64,000 nucleotides of DNA from Octopus sinensis (taxonomy: Eukaryota), in NCBI RefSeq assembly GCF_006345805.1, contig NC_043004.1, positions 39,990,001 to 40,054,000 of the forward strand, given 5' to 3'. Numbering within the stretch: the stretch's first letter is position 1; every line of letters begins with the position of its first letter. The position numbers were made by a program, and so were the translations under genes. Positions 54,210 to 64,000 of the stretch are shown piece after piece. The notes under the pieces are model-generated. The model was not told where the DNA came from, made no database searches, and was given only the letters and a program-made list of their open reading frames with translations.

Positions 54210-54857
54210 ATTCACATACATGAACATTGAAATAAATATCAATGCAAATAGTAGTTGTGATACCTGTGTCGGTGGCACGTAAAAAGCACCATCCGAACGT
54301 GACAGATGCCAGCGCTGCCTTGACTGGCTTCTGTGCTGGTGGCACGTAAAAAGCACCATCCGAACGTGACCGATGCCAGCGCCGCCTTGACTGGCTTCTG
54401 TGCTGGTGGCATGTAAAAAGCACCATCCGAACGTGGCCGATGCCAGCACTGCCTTGACTGGCTTCTGTGCTGGTGGCATGTAAAAAGCACTATCCGAACG
54501 TGGCCGATGCCAGCGCTGCCTTGACTGGCTTCTGTGCTGGTGGCATGTAAAAAGCACCATCCAAACGTGGCCGATGCCAGCACTGCCTTGACTGGCTTCC
54601 ATGCTGGTGGCACGTAAAAAAGCACCAACCGATCGTGGCCACTGCCAGACACCCCTGGCACCTGTGCCGGTGGCACGTAAAAAGCACCCACTACACTCAC
54701 GGAGTGGTTGGCGTTAGGAAGGGCATCCAGCTGTAGAAACACCACCAGATCAGACTGGGCCTGGTGCAGCCTCCTGGCTTCCCAGACCCTGGTCGAACCG
54801 TCCAACCCGTGCTAGCACGGAAAACGGACGTTAAACGATGATGATGATGATGATGAT
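54210..54857 (+). mobile_element. SINE-like family B with expanded 67-bp VNTR
   Basis: Motif starts at 54271, 54338, 54405, 54472, 54539, 54606 and 54669. Confidence 0.9.
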
Positions 54858-56164
54858 ACGAAAGAACAGCATTCACAATACCTTTTTTTAAAGTCCCCTG
54901 AGGCTGTTATGCAGAGAGGTGGGAGGTAACCCCAAACCAAATACCTACAACTGTGTAAGCCAGTCACAGCTAAACTGCAGCCTGTGGCATTTTCTCAATG
55001 GCACATCCCATGAAAAATCATCTTGGGTATTTTTAGTAGTGCAGCCTGCTTGATAATGAGCTATGTCTCAAGTGGCCCATATCTCAAAAAAGGTTGCACT
55101 TGTCTTGAGGAAACCCTGCTCAGGACCAGGTATTGGTGCTAAAACCAGGCAAGAATGCTAAGAGCCAGAACAAACGCTGTAAGGTATGTCAGCAAACATT
55201 TGTGCCAATTCATTGCCCTGAATGATGGACAGCAAAGTTTATCCCCGCCAGATCTAAATTCTGAGCAGCAAAAGCCAAAAGAAATATTACAAAGTGTTTG
55301 GTTTGTCTTATGCTCAGTTTGCTAGAAGTAGGGCTTAATCTGAGGAAGCTACCAATTTACCTGTTAGAAATAGAACCAAATCTTAGTCAAATCAGATCCT
55401 ACATGTACTTCCTTAAAAAGAAAAATTACATGGTTGAAGTGTTCCTGGGAACTAGGAAAAAAGATAGTGTAGTCAAAGTTAGAATGTCTCCAATCAGACA
55501 TGACATCTTATGTATTTCCTTGTTTTGTCAATAGAGTGAGTGCTTATGCATTTTCATAACTTCTTTTGAAGTTAGTGGCTGCAGGGTAAAAATGACTTGT
55601 GAAGGATTGTAAATTCAACCAGACTGAAACAAAAATGTGGCATGATACATTTTTCTTGCAACAGAGCAAATGCTGCTTAATCAATTCATATTCATGTCTG
55701 GTCAATAAATTTATTTAGTTTTGGCAAATTATATCAACCACTATAAAATGTGTATAGAATATGAGGCTTCATCTTTTTTTTTTACAAGAAAAATAACAAA
55801 AAAAGGAAGCATGCTACCGACATCCTAATAAGATAAATGTTACAAATATAGTGAAAAGGAGTGAATATAGGGTACCACTTTAGTATGTGGTCTATCCTAA
55901 TCTCTAACCCTAACTCTTAACTCTGACCCTAATCATAACATTAATCCTATCCCAGATCAAGTCGTGCTAAGGTAGCACTGTTGAATATATACAAATAAAT
56001 GTCTATAAAGAGAGAATCTGTGAGCAAGAAAGTAAACAAGGTGGTAGAAAAGTTTAGCACCACTGGTGGAAATTGTTGGTCAGGGAAAGGCCAATAATCT
56101 CAGATGTTGATAAAAGAAAATCTGATGAGTTCATGGTAGTTCCTGAGTGAACTTGACTGCAGTT

Positions 56165-56488
56165 CTAATAGGCAGCATGTTTGTCAAGCTGGTCATAGTA
56201 CTGTATAGCAGTATCCGAGGTGCTGGTAAAAGCTGTATCCAAATTGATAATTTTATGGTTGGTAAGGTGCCAATTGCTACTTAATAAGTTGTGACTATTT
56301 CTGCCAAGATCACAGCCAGCAGCACTATGACTACTGGAACTTTTTGTTGCATTGACTAAAACGCTGCAATCTGGTACCGCACCTTTGGTTACTGAGGTAG
56401 GTAGGCTCAACAGGGCTTTACAAGAATGGCTTAAAAGGAAAGGAGTTTCCAACCAACAGTTATTTGCAGCAGTTGGAAGATGTGCAGT
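56165..56488 (-). CDS. candidate terminal coding exon (107 aa, Ser/Thr-rich)
   Basis: Open frame starts immediately after ccactctag| (phase 0): TAHLPTAANNCWLETPFLL...DKHAAY*; the longest non-repeat open frame I noticed. Confidence 0.4.
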   Translation of the reverse strand, partial: TAHLPTAANNCWLETPFLLSHSCKALLSLPTSVTKGAVPDCSVLVNATKSSSSHSAAGCDLGRNSHNLLSSNWHLTNHKIINLDTAFTSTSDTAIQYYDQLDKHAAY

Positions 56489-57099
56489 CTAGAGTGGTGG
56501 TCCCAGTCAATGTAGCCCCCAAACAGTACTAGATAATAGTGGACTGATCAGCACGGTGAAAGTACTAATTAGTCGCAACAAATAACTGCAACAATATAAA
56601 CTCACAGAAACAAGATATTCACATTTTTCAAGTATATCCAACATACCGTATTTTGAGATAAAAGTCAACATAGTAAGTAGTGTCAATATTCAAACGTCAT
56701 CACTATCTTTCCAAATCTTGTTGCATTTCACAAGGAAGTTTTGGTCCTCCTAAGTCATCTTGGTGTATAAATTGACCTAACTTTTTTTGACAGTAAATTA
56801 TGGTCTTGTAACAAGATGAGAGTTCAGGAACACTGGAGTGGGTGTCTGGTCTTATCTTGTCACATACAAGTCGAAGAAAAGGAACCCAAAATCCGGCTGT
56901 CTTCAATAATAAATAGTAGTTTATTCTTCGGGTTCACAGGTGAAATATATACATATATATTTCTTAAGGGCAAACCGGCAGCTAAATCCACAGGACTGTT
57001 TACACAAATGTTCACTCGGGTGAGCCAAGAAGATACGGTGTTCATTCCTACTTTGAAGAGAGAGCTTCTCTGTGCATAGGGTTTTCCTCGAGAGAGGTC

Positions 57100-57291
57100 T
57101 TAGCCATGTCCGCTCGCTAGCGCTGCTCTTCCAAAAAGACCGATTTTAACGGGGCCGCTCTCAGGTTGCAGTTCCTGCGCATGCGCATGATGAAAACTTC
57201 TGGTGGCCAACCGGAAGTAATCCAATTCTGTGATTGCGTGCTGAAACTTACACAGTAGTGTCACTACAGTCTGAAAAATTCCACTAGTACG
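57100..57291 (-). CDS. candidate exon: 19/40-nt cassette (3n+1) or 63-aa terminal exon
   Basis: Acceptors tattttccag| (exon start 57291) and aatttttcag| (57270); donor TGT|gtaagt after 57252; phase-0 read-through RTSGIFQTVVTLLCKFQHAITELDYFRL...ALASGHG*. Confidence 0.4.
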   Translation of the reverse strand, partial: RTSGIFQTVVTLLCKFQHAITELDYFRLATRSFHHAHAQELQPESGPVKIGLFGRAALASGHG

Positions 57292-58097
57292 CTGGAAAAT
57301 ACAGTGCGCATTTTCTGTTTTTATCCTTCATGTCAAAATTAAAACCTCATATATCTACATTTCATGGCTGTTGATAAGCTTGTTACAGAGATAAACTGTT
57401 TTACTGACATGTGGAAAAGTTATATAAAACCCTTCTAATTACAATTCCATGTTTTTCTTTATTTCAGATTTATAATTCTTCACTACTTCTAAGTCACATA
57501 TTTTGTTTCAGTCATTGGACAACAGCAATGCTGGGGTACCACCTTGAAGGGTTTAGTAAAACAAATCATTGTTAAATCTGGAGTTTATTCTATTGATCAC
57601 TTTTACCAAACCACAAAGCTAAAGGGACATAAACAAACCAACACACAGTCTATATACATTTTACAGAGGTCGATATAGTTTGTCAAAACTAAATAGATTT
57701 ATTGACCAGACAGGAATATGAATTGATTAGGAAACATTCACTCTGCTGCAAGAAGAGTGTCCCATGCCACATTTTTGCTTTAGTCTGGTTGAATTTACAA
57801 TCCTTCACAAAATATTTTTACCCTCCAGCCACTAACTTCAAAAGAAGTTATGAAAACATAAACACACACACAATGGGTTTTCACACAGTTTCTATTTACC
57901 AAATGCACTCACAAAGTATTGGTTGGCCCTGGGCGATAGTAGAAAATACTTGCCCTAGGTACCATACAGTAGGAGTGAACCTGAAACCACGTAACCATGT
58001 AGCTGAAAAGTGAACTTCTTAAACAAACACACGGTCATGCCTGCTACCATCACCATCCTGAGATTTTAGAATAAGTTTATCTTACTTTACGTTATCC

Positions 58098-58513
58098 GGA
58101 TCTTTTCGGTTTGAATGGCAGTTTTTAACATAATTTCTAGGTAACTAAAAAATTTTAAACTTCGTATACTGGTAGAATGTGTTTATAAAACATCTTTTTC
58201 TCTTGGCTTTATTGAGAAAATTCTATAGTTTGTAAGATATTTGTTGTTTTTTTTCTTCAATTTCTGCAATTTCAACCAATCAGTGACGTCTATTGAGTTA
58301 AACAACATTCTGTGCCGTATGAATATGTCCCTCGTTTAAGAAACAGATTGGGTTTATTCACATTTGTGAAGAAAAAACATACCCTTCCCCCCACCCCTAA
58401 CCCTAACCCTAAAAGAGATTGAAATGCAATAGATCGATTCTAGGGTCATAATAATGGGTGACAATTTCATATGACACCGCTAGAAAAAACTACCGTTCAA
58501 AGCGAAAAGATCC
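58098..58513. mobile_element. Merlin-like MITE with internal CCCTAA
   Basis: Same family; 8-bp TSD cgttatcc/cattatcc. Confidence 0.8.
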
Positions 58514-60379
58514 CATTATCCTATAAAGTAAACAGTAAGACCCATGGAAACTAGTGTAAACTAGTGATGGCTTGTATAGGCAATTACTGAGTACAAACAA
58601 TTCGAAAGTGAATTTTACTACAGGAAAGAAGAAAGGTTTGAAGTTTTAGACAGCAAAACTCATTTGAGAATAAGGTCTTTCTCAGAAGAAAATGGTATCC
58701 TCTCTGAGGATAAACAATAGGGTTTACTTTTATTTTTTACTTCTAAATCAGCAAACTGATTTATTCCACTTTTGAATTGTTTGCAGATTATCACTATCCA
58801 GTATACCTTTCCATATTGTTTAATGATGATAAGGTATGATTTGAAAAAGATTTGACAGCTTAGTTTGTTTTTTTTTGTTTTTTTTAACAACAATCAAATC
58901 TTTCATCCTGATTCCTGAATAACCAGGAAGAAAGCAAACAGCGCTGGCTTCATTGGTTGCTATGAGTATACTGAATGCATGTACACAAGGTAAAACACAC
59001 ACACACAACCACCAACACCATGCTGGCACAGGTCGGACGTTTTGACAGGTGCTGGCAAGCCAGAGGACTGTGCCGAGGAGGTCTTTCGTTAGCTTTGGCA
59101 TGATTTTTGTGCAGCTTTACAGAGTGTACTGGGTGCTTTTTTCATGGCACCAGCACTGGTGATGTCACCAAGCACCTTGCAAAACAAAAAATCCCTCTTA
59201 AATGAGAAGGGGAGTAGTATTGAAGGAGGTGGCTTAGTGCCAGGTGATGAGAGGTTAAACCATGACAGTGAGTTAGAGTTAGATACAGGTGTTTTGCTGT
59301 AGACACACACACACACAGACACACACACACAGCCATATTGTGGAACGCCTGTCGCATGTTTTGCATTCAGTGCAGATAATGGTGTTGTTAATTTTTACTG
59401 AAATTGTTGATTAAATGGGTCCAACCAGCCAATCGCAAGTTCTCTGCATTTCTGATGACAAGAATGAGAAAGGATCAGTGTCTGACTCAATGCAGAACAA
59501 ATGCCTCAAGTAACTTCTTTCATAGAGCACTGGTTAATCCAGTTTTCTCCAAGTACCCAAATTTCAGCAATGTACATTGGCAATAGATATGCACACACAC
59601 ACACACACACATGCACAAGACAGGGCTTTGTATAGTTTCTGTCTCCCAAACATAAAATTTTCCTGACAAAATACTGAGCACTTTGGAACTGCTGTAGAAA
59701 ACATAGACCCTAAGTGCTAGACAGTGTGATGGTTACCAAGAACCAGGTGGTTAGTCAGTGAAACCCTGAACTATATGGCCATACCTGCAACCACTGATAC
59801 TAATTTCCAAAATTTAAAAATATTTTTGGGTTTTTTTTAATAATATTTTTGTTGTTTTTGTAAAATCTCAGAAAATAATTAAAAATTCACATTTTTTTGT
59901 CAAATTATTTTGTTATATTTGTCTATCTATCCAACTGTAAACATTTTAAATATTTCACTAACTTTTTGTTATAACTTGGCAAAAGGGCATATATTTTGCC
60001 AAAAATTGCTAAATTTATTCCCACTGTCTTCTTTATCCACAACCAGAGTCGCAAAACTTTCTCTTGAAAATATTTCAAACTGGTCAAAGTTGAGAGTTTG
60101 ACAGAGACAGATTTGGGAAGAAACAGTAAAGTTAAGATGAAATTTGAGGGACATTTGGTTGCTATTTTTAGTTGAGTGAGTTACCACATAGAAGCTCACC
60201 AATTCTATTTCTAGGAAGGAGAAAAGGAAGTGTTGGGATTTTTAATAATGTTTCCAAGACTGGTGGTGAGAAAGAGGGGAAGAAACCAAGGCTCATGGGT
60301 CAGTTGTTGGTGTTTATTTCTAGGTTAGTTATGAAGGAGGAGACCGATGGTCTGTGACTTACAAATCATGGTCACTTTT

Positions 60380-60783
60380 TATCTTTTATTTGTTTTAGTC
60401 ATTAGACTGTGGCCATGCTGGGGCACCACCTTGAAGAACTTTTGATTGAATGAAATGTCCCCGGTACCTTTTTTTTGAGTGTTAAGCTTGGTACTTATTC
60501 TATCAGTCCCTATGCCGAACCACTAAGTTACAGGGACGTAAACACGCCAGCACCAGTTGCCAAGCAGTGGTGGGGGACAAACATGGACGCAAAGACACAC
60601 ATACACATACATACATATATACATATATATGACAGGCTTCTTTCAGTTTCCACCTACCAATTCCACTCACAAAGCTTTGGTCAGCCAGAAGCTTTAATAG
60701 AAGACATTTGCCCAAAGAGCCATGCAGTGGGATTGAACCCAGAATGATGTGGTTGGAAAGCAAGTTTCTTAACCCACAGCCAC
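60380..60783 (-). mobile_element. tRNA-derived SINE family A
   Basis: Diverged reverse complement of 14518-14920. Confidence 0.8.
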
Positions 60784-61568
60784 ATTTTATGTTTTTTTTT
60801 GTGCTTGTGCTTTGTTCTGGATTATATTATCCAATATATTCCTATATTTTTAAGACAGTAAGGTTAAGATGCAAATTGAGGGACATCCGGTTGCTATTTC
60901 TAGGGGCATCAGGTCTGTCTGTGGTAGGAAGAAAATGCAATGGTCTCAAGTTATCAGCAAATGGGTGAGCTGGTTCAAATGCTCGCAACAGGTGCACACT
61001 CATTAACTAAACGGTCTAATTAGCAGAGCAACAATAATTACTAGTTTATTAACTGTTAGTTCACTAATTGTTGGTTCACTAATTGTGGGTTCACTAATTG
61101 TTACTGGGCTCTGTTTAACCTGACCATTCTACTGAGGGAGTCCAAAAGTGATGACCTTCATGTCAGTACTCCTTCAGTCAGATCATTAAATGGAAATACA
61201 TCAAGTCTTTTCCTGTGATCTATAAATTCATCAATTAACTCTTTTGCAGCCATATTTCTAATGAAATACACTGCTTATGAGTTCCGATTAATTATGAGAA
61301 CAATCAAGAATTTGGAAAGGATTTAAGTAAAATCAATAACTGTGTCATTATTAGCCTTTCGTGACCATATTTCTAATGAGCATTCTGATTATGTTTCAAT
61401 TAGTTTTCAATATTGTCAATATTTTGGAGGGTATCTTAGTAATCAATAAACCCTTTTGTGACTATGCTTCTAGTGAACATACTAACTGTGTTTCAATTAA
61501 TTTTCAATATTACCAATATTTTGAAGGCAGGGATTAATAAAATATCTGTAAGGTTATATATTGCTACA

Positions 61569-61710
61569 TATTGGGTCATCCCATAAATAATGTGGCTTTT
61601 TAAAACTTCTTTTTTTCAAAATTAAGATAAACAGAGTTCTTTTTTAATCTAAAATATACTCTCCTTCATTTTCTGCAATGCTCTTCCATCTATCTGGTAG
61701 ATTTGCAATT
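61569..61710 (-). mobile_element. mariner 3'-end fragment, same family as 36872-38121
   Basis: ta-ttgggtcatcccataaataatg TIR plus the reverse complement of about 37978-38121. Confidence 0.85.
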
Positions 61711-63059
61711 AAATTCTCTTTCTGTTTAGCTCCAGCTCAGTGAAATTCATTTCAAGGCTATCCCAACTTATTCTCAGACAAAACATATCTAGGACTCTAT
61801 GATTACTTTATCTAGTATTTTCTTTTTGTTGTTGCTTTTCCATTTTTACAAGATGGTATTGTGTAATTTTTTGAGGGATATCTAGCTACTATTTGTTGCA
61901 GGTCAAGCAATCAACAAACAACATACAGGCTCCATCATTAATTCGTTGTTATTGCTGTTTCAACTAGACACTGGGAAATGGGAATTATTCAGTGATCTTC
62001 ATATGTGGTTTAATCTTCATCTTTTCATCTTGAATTACTGGCGATCAACAGTCAGAGTTTAAAATATTAAATACACATTTATGTATTATTCTTCCTGTTG
62101 TAGTTGCTTGTTATTGTTGTTATGATGATGATGATGATGACGATGATGATGATGATGGTGGTGGAGGTGGTGATGATGATGGTGGTGGTGATGGTAATGA
62201 TGGTGATGGTGATGGTGATGGTGATGATGATGTAGAGTAGTGGTTCCGAAGGGAACTTGACATATAATTAATTACATGAGGATTGTGTTAGCAGCTGCTC
62301 ATTTATCTTATCACAACTCAACAACCATACAACTATTACTGCCACTCCAAACACTTTTTTTTTTTGTTTTGTTTTAGCAAAGCAAAAGAACCAGCATAAG
62401 CTGAATAAACCTGCTAGAAATACCAACCAGAATTTTCTAAAACACCTAGCCATCTTTTCACAACTTAACAAGTTATACTACCATCAACACCAGAGCAGTC
62501 TGCCCCCTGCTTTATTTTTGAGAGCCAAGGAGAGAACAACAGCATGCTGAATCAACCTGCTAGAAATAGCAGCTTGATCTTTCTCAAACTACATCTTACC
62601 CTGTTTGGAAAGGGCACACTGGTTTTTGTTCTTAGGTGTACATTATGTCTTAAAAAAAACAAATGAGGTTGTGATAGCTGGAATCATCATCATTATCATC
62701 GTCATCATCATCATCATCCTTTAACGTCTATTTTTCCATGTTGTCATGGGTTAGATGGTTTGATCAGTGCTGGCCAGTAGGAGTGATGCACCAGTTTCCA
62801 GTCTGGTTAAGCTTGGTTTCTACAGCTGGATGCCCTTCCTAATGCCAACCACTTAACAGAGTGTGCTGGGTGCTTTTAATGTGGCACTAGCACAAATACC
62901 CATGATAAAAGTTATTCAACAACAACAACAACAACAATCAACACTTTATAATCTTTATAATGCCAACTAACAAAAGATCTGTTCTGACACTGGTCTCGAC
63001 TAAAACAACACAACTCAACAAAGAAGTCTCAGATATGGTCTCTCAACATGTTAATAACT

Positions 63060-63296
63060 CTCTCTCTATCCGCTCAGTCGAAGTTGACTCTCGGTCACTC
63101 GTTGGATCAGTGTCCTCCAGTCAGTTCTATCCTGGGCCGCTTCCTTCAGACTGGCCATGTCCATTCCGGTATCACTCCTGATGGTGTCAAGCCAGTGGGT
63201 TCTTGGTCGGCCTCTTCCTCTCTTGCCACTGACTATTCTGAGCATTATGTCCTTCTCCAGGGATTCTCTCCGCATAATATGACCGAAATGTGCCAA
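63060..63296 (-). mobile_element. RTE (BovB-like) LINE 3' end
   Basis: HFGHIMRRESLEKDIMLRIVSGKRGRGRPRTHWLDTI...AAQDRTDWRTLI, a canonical RTE C-terminus. Confidence 0.9.
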
Positions 63297-63319
63297 TTTA
63301 CGCTTGTTAATAACAACAA

Positions 63320-63480
63320 AATCTTAAAATCACACTCTTGTGAAAGGAAGGACACATTATACGATATGGCACAAGATAAAGAAAAAGACAGGATGGTCAG
63401 TTCAGGCTTAAAATGCCTTTAATCATAGGCCTACTCAATCAGGGTTGACTTGGGGTTAAACAACAAAGAACAACAAACCA
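63320..63480 (+). repeat. abundant old interspersed repeat with (AAC)n tail (representative copy)
   Basis: Motifs cctgctagaaatagcagccaaatct, gcctttgatcatagg and ggggctaaacaacaac recur many times, e.g. near 9500, 18600, 23640, 24730, 43200 and 62560. Confidence 0.7.
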
Positions 63481-64000
63481 ACTTAATCAGAGCTTTTATC
63501 AAAAAACGTTTTTTAGAAACTGAGAAACCTTAACATAGAGGCATAGTTGTGTGGTTAAGAAGTTTGCTTGAAAACGTCATGGTTGTGGTTTCAATCCTAC
63601 TGCATGACAATGTTGATTGTCTTCTTCTATGAATCTATCATAGTCCAATGCCTTCGTGAGTTAATTTGGTAGGCAAGAACTGTGTGAAAGCCAGTCATAC
63701 AGAGTGTGTGTGTGTGTTCACAATAGGGATGAATAAAATACAATAAGTAATCAATGGTTTAATCCTATAACACCTAAATTTACTAATTAATATACAAGGG
63801 AAAAAAATTATTAAGCAAATCAAAACGCATCGTTGAAAAACTTGCAACAACCAGGAGACATAATTGCTTATATGTAACGGAGTTCAAGTGTAAATAATTT
63901 TTACTTGTCCAAACTTTCGATTTTGATGGGAGTTTTTTCCCATAACATAGGGAATCTGTGACACTAAAAATTATCAATAAGTGTTATTTACAATAGCTGC

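Noticed and set aside
54271-54690. CRISPR-like repeat-spacer pattern (also 8855-9170)
   Set aside because: Spacers are near-identical to each other, the array is inside a eukaryotic SINE, and there are no cas genes.
54198-54805. 188-aa ORF and similar MDGSTGVWE... ORFs at 8734, 22664 and 52929
   Set aside because: Antisense translations of SINE family B and its VNTR.
56393-56412. let-7-like start TGAGGTAG
   Set aside because: Diverges after 8 nt and there is no precursor hairpin.

Overview
AT-rich, repeat-dense eukaryotic DNA with no long intact ORF. The SINE families, microsatellite load and composition look like a coleoid cephalopod (Octopus-like); this is my recognition, not a database result. 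Most of the window is interspersed repeats: at least five SINE-type families, RTE/CR1/Tx1 LINE fragments, a decayed mariner, a decayed hAT transposase, two Helitron MITEs, TTAA (piggyBac-like) MITEs, three 8-bp-TSD Merlin-like MITEs carrying TTAGGG, and Penelope-like fragments with hammerhead ribozyme motifs, one with an intact core. Nearly all ORF-track entries are repeat or microsatellite artefacts. The unique sequence between repeats carries many minus-strand splice acceptors, some with branch points. They define a chain of very short exons that are mostly 3n+1 nt (4, 7, 13, 16, 19/40, 22, 22, 28/94, 43, 130 nt) plus several candidate alternative terminal exons. The best reading is the 3' part of a large minus-strand gene with a complex, frame-switching, alternatively spliced C-terminus. 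I cannot identify the gene, and all exon calls rest on splice-site strings only.
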